Position numbers and translations under genes: made by a program. A stretch of DNA of 64,000 bases from Trichosphaerium sp. ATCC 40318 (taxonomy: Eukaryota; Protista; Tubulinea): NCBI GenBank assembly GCA_038496445.1, contig JALMLS010000322.1:186001-250000 (forward strand), read 5' to 3'. Position 1 is the stretch's first letter; every line of letters starts with the position of its first letter. The notes beneath the pieces are model-generated. The model saw only the letters and a program-made list of their open reading frames with translations, made no database searches and was not told the origin of the DNA. Shown piece after piece: positions 27,969 through 39,492 of the stretch.

Positions 27969-28924
27969 AAGAAAAAGAAAGAAAACAAAAATAAATCTAT
28001 TTGTATAAACGACTTACACCATTGCGTTGGGGCACGTTTACAAACATAGGTCTTGGCACTTCGTAACATTGAAAACTTCAACGGTTTAATAACAATGTAC
28101 TACAACAAATATAGGATATGGCTTAATTGCCAAATCCATTTTCGGCCAAATCCCCGTATTTATCTGAATTTTACTAGGGTTAGGGTTTCGGAAGGCCACG
28201 AACCGGACTGAAAGTGCTCGGGAACAGTAGATACAATGTATTTATTGTGTTTGCAAACATGTTTGTCGTTTTTACAGATACAAAATTTCGCTGACACTTG
28301 ACGCGTTATGTGTTGGGTTTATTTACTCCTGTGATTGCGTAAAAACAACTTAAAAAATGACTCCGACGTTCATAGACAAAAAAAAAAGTTCGCTCTCGTA
28401 CCCACGTGCCCAATCACATTAATAGAGTAGCCTCTACGTAGCAGGTCCAAAGCCTCCAGCATTGTTTGAGCTCAAAAAGTAGATGTGATGGGTTATTTTT
28501 AAAATATAACGGTAAAAACGTACTAAATTGAGTTTTTATCGCACCAATAATCATACAAGAAACTAGCACATCTCATGGGAACGCAAGAGCTTCATAGGTG
28601 GAGGTGATAAATAGTACACGCGATTTTTGTTGACGGGATTATCCAATATTCCACACCCTACAACAAATATGCTGTACAGGCAGTAAAGCTTGACTTTCGA
28701 TAAAATCGAAGTAGAAGAATAGCACCATAAAATCACTTGCATTACACATGTACCAGACTGGTTTGACCACCGCTTTAGCATTTCCATGATGTATTTACCT
28801 ACAATTTATGGATGGACCAATAACTAAGGAAAAGTTTGGTTGGTGTTTTGTTGTTCACTTAATTTAATGTTGCGAAAGCATTGCTTAATAATGTTATTGC
28901 TTCGGTCTTATATCTGCGTGAAGC

Positions 28925-29869
28925 ATGTTCCAGAGCTTGCCTGACGATGTTATTTACTGTATTTATTCCCGTACAAACAGTATGACCACTTTTAGGCTGA
29001 TGGAGACTTGTTCAGCCTGTTTCACCATATCAAAGTCTCTAACAATATGGAAACGCGTAAGTATGCGCATTTTAGCCCTCTACGTTTATCGAAATCGTTA
29101 ACCGAAGCAGATTTTTTACACACTAGTTCCAGAGTGCTTAGAACAACCAGAACCGCAATCATATGATGAATGGAGGCGGTTATGTGTCCAAATAGAATAT
29201 TTACGAAAGCATACCGACAACAAACCATCAGTGTACTTTGACACTCTGTTACGGTACGCAAAGAGCAAATAAAACAGTAATTAAGCGTTATTTTGCTTAC
29301 TTCCACCTTTAAACAGAGCAGGAAATGATATAAGTTCTCGTTACTTTCTGATGCTCTTCCGCACCGACTCTGGGAGTGATTTGAACACTGCAAGCTTTAT
29401 GGCGAGTGTACAATACACATTGAAGCTAACAGGGAAAAAAATACGTTGTCTTGTTTGTTGCATGGACACAATCAAAAAATATCTTCCGACACATTTTGAA
29501 AATCTAAGGTAAGTTGTATCTTGCTACTGTTGCATTTGTTCCAAAGGTTTTTACTCTGGTTAGAGAACATTTATTCGTGTATAAGCGTATGTGTATGGAT
29601 GTTGCAAATGCATTAGTTGTTCTTGGACTCCCAAGCGTGGAGGAGGTTAAAGAGGATCCAACAAAATATTTGGCGCAAATAAAATACGCACGTGGTTTTT
29701 TTTTTTCACGTCTTGTACTCACTTTGTTGTACTAATACTACTAAAGGCGCTACTAGGAATAAATCCACGATACAAGTTTACAGAAAAAGATAAACGGACG
29801 GTGCAATCGCTGATTGAAGTAACCAAAGAACCAGACTTTATCCAGTATTGGGATAGAATTAAAAACTGA
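28925..29869 (+). CDS. Small F-box-like protein, multi-exon
   Basis: N-terminus MFQSLPDDVIYCIYSRT...LMETCSACFTISKSLTIWKR fits an F-box. Downstream GT-AG exons follow; last-exon frame is uncertain. Confidence 0.5.
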
Positions 29870-30240
29870 ATTTCATAGCATATTAGTTGTTCGTGGAGGA
29901 AAAGACAACCAATATCCAAGATAGTAGCAATGACTTGACGTGTTCAAATAGTGATACTTGCTCTAGTTCAACCTGCTACGGCAACTTTGCTTAACTCAAA
30001 TCAACGATTTTGATCTGTGTTGGGTCCTTTCTTTTCAAGTATTCTTCATTCGGATATCGATAAACAATGGTTGTAGTACAAGCAATGGAACTTACTCTAA
30101 ACGCAAAATAATAGCTAAGAAAAGTGCATCAAGTTGAGTTTGAGGTTTGACCAATAAACGTTTTTTACTCAAACAATAGTGTCCCATTTGCCTTTGACTT
30201 AATGGTTTGGTACTAAGTAGCTCTTCTGCATTTTCTCGCT

Positions 30241-32658
30241 ATGCGCGTATTTCGTACGTCTTTGTACGTATACCGGCGACCTACCACGCTGGTTTGCAGG
30301 CACAACGCCATTAAAAGCGTAAAAGTACCCTATAAGTTCAAATTCAACTCTGTGCGCCTACGGAATGTGGTCAGAACGTACTGCAAAACGTACAATACCA
30401 ATTATACCGAATTTGTTGATAAGCCTAAAGCCCAAGTCTTCTCAGCAGATAGAGAAGCATGGTTGGAATCCGTCAAAGACGCTACGCATGGGTGAGTTTA
30501 GAGTTGGAAGTAGCGCTATACGCCTTCAAATCGATTGTTTACCTTTAATTTCGTTCGTGTCATGCGTAACTGATCATTTTAGTGGCAAGGTTCATCGAGG
30601 TTTTTTTTTCACAAAGCTACGCCGCGCAATAGACGGTGGAAGTATAAGAACAATAGAACAACGCATTTCTGAGATGGAAGTACGTTTTCTCTTTTGTTCT
30701 TTCTTGTTTTCGTCTTTTTCATTATTTTTACGCTATCACTAGAATGCTGGTTTCGAACTAGACTCGTATTGTCTGTTTTTGTACGTCATTCTTAAACAAG
30801 CTTTTTTCCCTTGTTCCTATCGTACTCCACTCGCTTTAATGACTCAATTCGCAAACTTAAGAGTAACGAGAAATGCGTAATTGCGTGTGGAAGGGAAAAC
30901 GTGACATTTTGTCCTGACAAGCAAAAAAAAACTTCATTGCAAGTTTTTGACACTTTGACAGAAAAAATGCCAACAGATTTTCTGCCATACTTTATACTCG
31001 ATACTACTAAGCGCCAATATTTTCTTTTGCTTTAGTAGTATAAAGGATATATTTAGTTGATTAAAATATAATTTGTGTTTATTCTACACGTGCGGGTTAA
31101 CCTGTATTTATTTTTTTTTTAGGATATTAAATAAAATAGTTCGTAGAAAGCACACCACAAGCCATGTCGAAACTTTTATTCTTAAGTGCTATGATAAATT
31201 CCGGGTTATTGTTAAGGAGGATACTGAAGGACCTGAAAAACAAGTACATGGTTATCACGCTTTGATGGAGTACTTTTTAAATGATGATAATCCAGAAGAA
31301 GCTCTGTACGACCTTTTTTTTTTTGTTTTTTCTTCAAGTGAGATACTATTTGTCAAAATAATTTTTAATATCGTTTTTTGGGTACACATTAAGTATATTT
31401 ATGCGTGATAAAACAGAGAAATATCAATAACGCCTAGTTGGTGAACAAATTGTTTCTCTTTTTTTTTTTTTTTTTCATTACAAAACGAAGATTGACGATT
31501 TTATTTTGACGTTATGATTAGGCGTATACTTCAAGATTTAGTAGAAGATGGAGCTAAACCAACACAACAAACTATTAAACTACTACTGGGCCATACTGGT
31601 GGCGAAAAAGAACAGATTGAAAACGTTTTAATGTTAATGAAAGAATATGATGTTCCTCTTAATTATAAAATATGTAATGAGGTAATAAGAGTTGCTTTAA
31701 AAGTAGATAAAGTAGAACTTGCCGAAGAATGGTTAATGACTATGATAATATCAGAAGACGAAGATACAAAACCAAGAGGAGCTTCACTTGGGTTTTTTCT
31801 TGAACACGCATATAATAAGCTAGATGCTAAGCTTGCTCTTAAATTTTGGAATATAGTAGTCAAAGCTGGAATGTTGTACGTTCACTTTTTTTTTACGTTT
31901 TTTTCCTTTGACCAATTTTTTTTCTTTACGAACAAATTGTTACACGTGCATATTTTTTTTTGGTAAAAACGCTATCTCATACTGTTATTCACATATGTAT
32001 CGTATATATTCACATATACATATAATTGATTAACTGCTATTGAGTACGCTATTTTTCAAAGTGATGAAAAATTGCATTTTGAGTTGGAAAATTGGTTTCT
32101 ACATTTTTTGCTCGTCAAATCGACGTACTCATTGGCTTATGCTCTTCTTTTTGGCCGGTCGTTGCACTATAACGTATTTTAATCACTCAAAGCTCTGTGG
32201 TGTAACGGTCTAGCACGACTCTCTCATGAAGAGTAGACGGAGGTTCAACTCCTCCCTGAGCTATACATTATTTTTATTTCTTCTCGATTTTTTTTTTTTC
32301 ACGCTGTCTATCTACCTGTACCGTTGTCCAATTTTATTCTTCTTCTGTGGTTCATATTTACTTATATTGCTTTCTTTCATGTAGTGTTACAAAAAGACAT
32401 TATGAACGGATTATTTCAGTAATGGTTATTTGTCGCGAGTACAAAGTATCATTGCAATTTTTTGAAAATTACAAGCAAGCTTATAAACCAGATGATATGA
32501 TATTACAGTTAATTCAAGATGTATACAATAAAAAGGATCCAGCAGTTAGGTTAAGGGAAGAATTAATACAAAACAAAGAAAAAGAAGAAGCAGAAGGAGA
32601 AGAAGAAGAAGAAGAAGAAGAAGGAAGAAAGAAAAAAAAATACTCTGCTAAAAAATAA
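30241..32658 (+). CDS. PPR-like helical repeat protein, probably mitochondrial
   Basis: Arg/Ser-rich presequence; PPR-like units (YHALMEYFLNDDNPEEAL, LMKEYDVPLNYKICNEVIRVALKVDKVELAEEWL, AKLALKFWNIVVKAG); poly-Glu/Lys tail from a (GAA)n tract. Confidence 0.65.
32191..32263 (+). tRNA. tRNA with CAT anticodon (Met, atypical), inside an intron of the PPR-like gene
   Basis: Cloverleaf AGCTCTG/CTGAGCT-A, D arm GTGT-AACGGTCTA-GCAC, anticodon arm ACTCT-CTCATGA-AGAGT, T arm GGAGG-TTCAACT-CCTCC. T-runs follow downstream. Confidence 0.9.
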
Positions 32659-33029
32659 ATTCCCTTATGTTGAAAAATCACAACATGTCTTCTTACCTCC
32701 TTATTGCATTGATGAAAAAGTGGTAGTATTCGAAACTAATTTATTGTCACATTCAAAGTCCTGGACATCAATTGATTACAATAACAAATCATCTTTGTAT
32801 GCAGAGCTCTGCCTTTCTAGCAATAAAAGTCAGCGACACTGGAAAGGTTTATAGTCCGTTGTGTCAGATTCCTTTTCTATTTACAACGCGAACCACGTGT
32901 TAGATTGTAAAACACTTGCAGTTGATCGTTAAGAAACTCAACCAAGCGAAAATCTGGCCTGTAGAATTAGCGCAAAAGGTCAACGCTCATCTTGATCAAA
33001 ACTCGGCAACTATCTACGTTTAACATCAA

Positions 33030-34627
33030 ATGACTAACTTCTCAGGCGTTTCAGTGGATCAAGTACTCACGTACTTTCGCGAGGACCATTCAGAGGCGTA
33101 TAATAAAATTACAACAAAACAACGCCCAATATTCTTAAAACAAGTCAAAAGTATCGTACACGCCCGCAAACAACAGTCTTGTAAATCAACTTGACGAACT
33201 TATGTTCAAACAAGAAGACCTCGGCTCTGCTGATGCATGCAAGCACGACAAAGCGCATTCTGAGGATATGGAGCTATCAAAACGGAAGCAAATGGCAGTA
33301 GAGTGCGTACAATATACTTGTTCACTTTTTTATCCAATACTTTCCTGACACAGTCAAAAGGTCAGTCAACAGTTACTCTCGCATTCAAGATTTTCCACCA
33401 GAAGTTATTTCAAATATTCTTCAGTGGACCAAAGGAAAATCTAGATTTGCTGTTGCTCAATCATGTCGTCTAATGGCTGATATCATTCATCATGTTGTTG
33501 GGTATGAAAATGTTCATTTAAAGTGTATCCCAGATATTTTGAAGATACGAGAGTATAAGGGTATCATGAACAATACAACCATTTCATTTGGTCACATCGA
33601 AGAAACTTTGTATTCTATGCTTTCTGGTTGTCGCAAGATTAATGGAAAGTCAAGACACAATCACTTTCACATCAATGATAATGATCTGAAAGCACTTGCA
33701 GGTGTGCATTCTATTACACTTTGGAGTGCCCATGTTACAGATGATGGTATTAAGGCACTCAAAGGAGTACATACCATCAATCTTAGTGATACATCAGTCA
33801 CAGATGAAGGTATCAAGGCACTCAAAGGTGTACATGCCATTGATCTTAGTTATTGTGAACTTATTACAGATGAAGGTATCAAAGCACTCAAAGGAGTACA
33901 TACCATTGATCTTAGTTATTGCGAACTTATTACAGATGAAGGTATTAAGGCACTTAAAGGAGTACATACCATTAATCTTAGTGGTACGTTCTTGAATGAA
34001 GGTATCCAAGCGCTCAAAGGAGTACATAGCATCAATCTTAGTTGTTGTATTGGCCTTTCAATTGAAGATATCAAGGCACTCAAAGGAGTACATACCATTG
34101 ATCTTAGTTATTGTGAACTTATTACAGATGAAGGTATCAAGGCACTCATAGGTGCGCACACTGTCATTCTACACGATTGTGAGAATATTACAGATGAAGG
34201 CATCAAAGTACTGAACGGTGTACATACCATTGATCTTAGTGGTACGTTTGTGACTGAAGGTATCAAGGCATTCAAAGGAGTACATACCATCAATCTTAGT
34301 AATACGTTAGTCACAGATGATGGTATCAAGGCACTCAAAGGCGTACATACCATTGATGTTGCTTACTGTAAACGTATTACAGATGATGGTATCCAAGCAC
34401 TCAAAGGAGTACATGCTATCAATCTTAGTGATACATCAGTCACAGATGAAGGTATCAAAGCATTTAAAGGAGTACATACCATCAATCTTAGTAATACGTT
34501 AGTCACAGATGATGGTATCAAGGCACTCAAAGGCGCACACACTGTCATTCTTTATAATTGTGAGGGTATTACAAATGAAGGTATCAAATCACTCAAAGCA
34601 GTTCATACTAACACCCTTCCGTTATGA
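33030..34627 (+). CDS. F-box plus 21-22-aa LRR protein, C-terminus truncated by a transposon; start uncertain
   Basis: In-frame F-box upstream of the listed ORF (RIQDFPPEVISNILQWTKGKSRFAVAQSCRLM), then about 14 repeats of TDEGIKALKGVHTIDLSYCELI. Confidence 0.85.
33680..34608 (+). repeat. Coding tandem repeat, 60-66-bp units (LRR)
   Basis: Recurring ACAGATGAAGGTATCAAGGCACTCAAAGGAGTACATACCAT. Confidence 0.9.
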
Positions 34628-35282
34628 ATACAAGCAATATTCATATTCATTGTCCCGGTAGAGTTCTGATACTAACTACTACTCTTCTATCAACTAACCA
34701 AAGGGACTCAACTTAGACGATGTTTGGGAGGAAGACAAAATGTCTTGTGGCTCTAGCACAGCGCCAAGCATTTGTTATCTATTATACAAGAAACACTTGG
34801 AAAATAAAAGAAAGTTTTACAGGTTTTTAAAACAAATTGAAAAGGAAATTTTTGGGTGGGATGTGGGTGATTGCTGCTCACCATGTTCTTGTACACATTG
34901 TAGGCGTTTGTAGTTGATTTGTGAGTCATACCAAGTCTTACCCAAACGTCTGTAACGGAGAAAACACGTGTACAGCCATAAGCCATATTCATTAATATTC
35001 ATGGGCGTTTGGCGAGTCAGGATGTTGAGGAGCTTTTGGTTTGTAGCACCTAGCGATGTTCCAAATGGATAGATTCAACAAGTTGCATTTGAAAACCGAA
35101 TCGGAATAGTCAACAGAACACCAAAACCCACAAATCCAGTCAAAATCAGCCATCAAATTGCACAATTTTTCGCCCATTTACTGTGCATGAATAATGAATG
35201 ACTTTTTTTAGTCGTGAATATATTTGTGAATGTAGGCTGTATTTGAATATTCAAATTATTCATTCATAACGGAAGGGCGTTA
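34609..35282. mobile_element. Non-autonomous DNA transposon (MITE), 674 bp, 21-bp TIRs, 8-bp TSD (hAT-like)
   Basis: Left TIR TAACACCCTTCCGTTATGAAT; right TIR ATTCATAACGGAAGGGCGTTA (one mismatch). GTTCATAC is duplicated at 34601-34608 and 35283-35290. Removing the element restores the LRR frame. Confidence 0.93.
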
Positions 35283-35369
35283 GTTCATACCATTGACCTT
35301 ACTGCTTGTACGGGTATTACAAACATAGGTATTGATGTACTTGCAGGTGCACATACCATAGCTACGTGA
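35283..35369 (+). pseudogene. Orphaned original 3' end of the F-box/LRR gene
   Basis: Encodes VHTIDLTACTGITNIGIDVLAGAHTIAT*, one more LRR unit plus stop. Confidence 0.88.
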
Positions 35370-35769
35370 CTGGCCTTATTTTATTTTGTCACTAGCCTTT
35401 TGGTATGTTGTGACATTCATTTCAAAATAAACACAACTTCTAAGTCTGCATCTTATAATCTTGCGTGGTGTAGAAGTAGTTGAGCAATGAACTTTTTTTG
35501 ATACGTTTAAGCATGTTTTAAGAGATGTGGTAATAAGACTTGCAGAGACAAACAATACATAATAACTTTATAACAGAAGGGTTTAGATCTTTCTATTTTG
35601 TAAATACAAATAATTGTGCTCAATATTATGTAGCCTTCAAGTTAAGTCAAAATGTCGCCAAAATTTGTGCTTTTATTTGCTAAAAGGTAGTCACAATGTT
35701 AACTTGAAGGGCACACAATATTGCGGTTGTTAGGTGTATTTTGTCTTGGCTTATTGTGTGGAGTTTTTT

Positions 35770-37229
35770 TTATTGTACATTTTGTTTTTGTTCAGGAAAA
35801 CTTTTATCAAAAGCTGTCTTGTATTTTAGTCTTGTGAATGCTATCAACCCTTCAATCTAATACAATCATAAGCGAAAAACAATTACGACAATTATTTTAT
35901 GGATACCTCTTTTTGATCCGAAAGTGTAGCGCAAATAGTATCTGCTTGATTAATTACTGAAACTGCATTTTCAGGTTCATTTAAAAAAATATGTGCCAAC
36001 GCAATGTATAAGAATGACCTTGCTTCTGCTAGGTCATCACCCAAACCTTGAGCTATCTTTAGTTGTTTTCTTGCCCATACAATAGATTCTGCAGGCTATA
36101 ACACAATGTAAGAATAAAACAAGAAAAAGAAAAAAACAAACAAGGAAAACCAAAGTCTTCAATGAACAAGGCTTTGTCTTGTTGTAAAAAGCATTTCTGC
36201 ATACAAAAAGATATCAATAGATAATAAAAATATTGTTCTTACTCTCTTTAATGTAGCATAAGCGCCACCAAAAGTGGAACAGTACAAACTCGCTTGACAT
36301 AATTTTGCATAATTGTAAATCAACTGTCCAATTAGTTTATTCCTATATCTCATTTAGTACAGGCGAAATACGGAGTAATAATGTTGTGGTTACTGTACCA
36401 TTTAATGATTGCATACATATCTAAGTTTTGAAACGAGTTAACGCTTGATGATAGTGTAAGTGTTACTATCCGATTTGATGGTATATTCTGAATACCAATA
36501 GCCTTTAAGAGCGTATGGATTGGTGCGTTTAGGCTCCTGGAATAGAATTAGTTGATTATTGTTATTCTTCAAGATAAATGGCTAATAACACTCTCTACGC
36601 ATAGGCCATGCGTTTAAACCAGTTATTATCTATTTAGTAGTAAAAATATTTGTAGGCGAACGCTGTTGTGTAAATTACAATAAGTAAGGTACAAAAGCGT
36701 GACGTGGTTGCGTTTTAGGTGTTGTATTAGGTGTGTATGTAGCTGCGTACCAAAAGTAATCACTACGCTTATTATGAAGGCGTGGGTGTTCGCCTTCCTC
36801 TGAGAAGTTATCCCATAGTAAGCCGGCGAAGTTGTAAAGTGTTGGCACGAAATCGAACTTCAAAACAACATGTAACACCGATTCTTCGCTTGCAACAATA
36901 TTTTTAAGGCGTTTGGACAAGTTGTACGATAATGTAAGATCATGTAGCCCATTTCCCTCCAAACTCCACTCAGGCCGGTGCAGACGCACAATAAGTAATT
37001 GATTTGATGTAGGGATGCATTTATAGCTATTTAGCGTTTCATTAACTGCATCGAAGTGGGATCGAGTATAAGCACCAAGCATTGTGTTCTTTGCGTATAA
37101 CAGAGCGAGTTGAGTCAAACTAAGTTTACGCAGACAGCGAAAAATCCTACTCGCCACTTTATTCCTGTCAGTGCGATAGCCGTCGCCCAGTAACGAGCGA
37201 GATGGAGCCACTTCGCTTGACAAAACCAT
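35770..37229 (-). CDS. Protein with DUF4807 (F58A4.6-like)/TPR-like C-terminal region
   Basis: STFGGAYATL...ARKQLKIAQGLGDDLAEARSFLYIALAHI resembles, from memory, the DUF4807 pattern STLGGA...Q...A..LGD...ARC.LY. Confidence 0.55.
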
Positions 37230-37289
37230 TCACATTGCTTAAAAATGAATGCCAAAATGTATCCAAAGGCGGGTTACTAATAAGCAACC

Positions 37290-39492
37290 ATGCGTGACGT
37301 TGTATTCCTAACATTGCTGATCACGGTTTTATGCACTCAAGGCATATGGGCGCAATTGCCAACTATCACCTGTCGTAATATTACAACTGTACGTATACAA
37401 CGCTATACGCTAGTATAAAACGAATCGTATGTTTATTTGCTCCGCGTACAGTACAATTAATTCAAAGTTCAAATTAGCGCTATAAAATGCTAATTTAGCG
37501 CCTTGTGTTGTTACTGGTAGTTCAGCTTTTAAGGTTGAAAATACTACAAGTCTAGTTCAGATACATTTTTCTTATATTCCGTTGTTCAGAGCTACGGTGC
37601 TCTGATATACGATCAGAAAAAAGATTCAGTTTCGAAAAACCTCTCGGAGTCACGTGACTTTTTTTTTTTTTTTCGCTCTTCGTATGTACGTACCTTATTT
37701 GTTTTAGGTTGGTTGCGATAATGTTGATAACCCACCTGCACAATTAACATCTGGTTGTAATTTGCCAATTGAAGATAATTTACAGATTGTGCGTCGAGAG
37801 ACGCCTTGTTGTCATTTTAGTTTTGCGTCGTTTCGTATCTATTTACCAGATTTTGTCCTTTTTTTTTTCTTTTCTTTTTGTGTTTTATCTTCTAATTGTT
37901 CTTCATTCTCTAACTTTTCCCCGTAATCTACAGATTAATTTACCTGATCTCACTTGTAACCGTGTGGATACATTCAGATACACTGCTAGGGATTTGTGCA
38001 ATGATACGATGGCTATTTGTGAATTTCAAGTGACAAGAAACCAACCGAATACTCCTCCTATGGTTCTTTCTAGTGTACAAACTCGGTGGGGTAGTGTAAA
38101 CGATCCACTTCAGTGTGATGGTTCAACACAACCAGATGTATCCGCAAACTCTCTTGGAATGCCTACTGTAAGTTATTCTTGATCCAAAATCATCTCCCAT
38201 TTTGCAATGCTTACTGCATCTAGTTTTTTGATTTTTGCGATGGGTTGATACAACCCCAGGAAACGAATACTCCAACTGTAATGGATGTTTGTGTAACACG
38301 TATTGATAGGCTTTTCACAGCTACAGATTCCTGTAAGCATCCATTCATTTAACAAACCTTTTTTTGTTTTTCTTTGTTTTTCAAAACGTTCGATTTCCTC
38401 TATACGAAACCAATCATACGTACACTCGAATTTATGCTCGTCACATTACTGGCAACAAAATCTCTCGCAACGTTCAGTAAATCAGTTTTTATTGATTCAA
38501 TCTAATAACTAAAAATACGTAGGTGGTGATAGTGGTTCTTTAAGTGTTGTTATCTTTCATGTCACAGACGGAAATCGTACGTATAAAACTTCAAATGGTC
38601 TAATACAATAGACACTAAATAGTCACTCCTTACTAGCGCCAACATGCCTACCTCCGTTACAAGCAGTTGAAGTAATGGATTTGGATCCAAATAATTTACC
38701 TGGTCCTGGTCCTTTACTAGGTGTACCTACAGTATCAGATGACTGCTCAAATGCAACATTCACATACAGTGATATGATAACAAGCGTTTCAGGTCTTCGA
38801 ACATTTGTTCAAAGGTAAGTTGTGAAAGAAAACATAAAAACTCCAAAACAGCTCACGTGTTTTAAAAATAGAACTTTTGAGTGTGTGGACGCTTGTGGTA
38901 ATACTGCTACTGCAGACCAAACAATAACAGTCGTACAATCTCCCCCACCTACTACATCACCACCAACAACATTGGTTCCTACCACACTACCACCTACAAC
39001 CTTGCCACCAACTACTCTATCACCAACAACTGATCCTCCAACAGACGCTCCAACAGCTCCACCAACAACTTCACCTACTGCTACGCCTACTTCTGTACCT
39101 ACAGCAACACCTACTGCTTCACCAACAGCAGTATCAGCTCCGCCAACAGAGCCTGTACCTACTTCACCTCCAACTTTTGGCCCAACGTTTGAACCAACCA
39201 CTCGATCACCTATAGCACCTGGAACAATAGTAACTGTAAGAGGTGAAGTAGATCCAATGACTGGAGAATGCAGGTAAAAGATTTAGATGACACGAACCAT
39301 TTTTCTCTTTTTTCTTCTAACCAAAGGTTTAGGTGCTTTATATGGCCTTGTGATTGTGAACTACCTCGTGGACCATGTCGTTGTGCTATAGATTCATGGT
39401 ATTCGTTTACTCTATGGCCTGGATTTAACACTCAAGGATTCTTTCAAGTAGTAGATCCAACGGGTAGAAGTTGCCGATGTGACCTACCATAA
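37290..39492 (+). CDS. Secreted protein: signal peptide, HYR-like Cys-containing beta modules, Pro/Thr mucin stalk, Cys-rich C-terminal domain
   Basis: MRDVVFLTLLITVLCTQGIWA; FRYTARDLCNDTMAICEFQV; TVSDDCSNATFTYSD; RTFECVDACGNTATADQTITVV; PTT/PTA repeats; ECRCFIWPCDCELPRGPCRC...CRCDLP*. Confidence 0.75.

Noticed and set aside
32218-32234. Reading the tRNA anticodon as TCA (Sec or UGA suppressor)
   Set aside because: Stem pairing fixes a 7-nt loop CTCATGA with U33 followed by CAT, and there is no long variable arm.
33680-34608. Regular 60-66-bp repeats resembling a CRISPR array
   Set aside because: Units are in-frame LRR codons without unique spacers, the context is eukaryotic, and there are no cas genes.
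34601-35283. MITE acting as a self-removing intron (Introner), since GT starts the TSD and AG ends the right TIR
   Set aside because: Splicing GT(34601) to AG(35283) removes one extra base and frameshifts the tail, and the donor GTTCAT is poor.
33696-39431. Antisense and alternate-frame ORFs over the LRR and Pro/Thr repeats (e.g. 33916-34548 minus, 38809-39201 minus)
   Set aside because: These are shadows of repetitive coding sequence on the other strand or frame.
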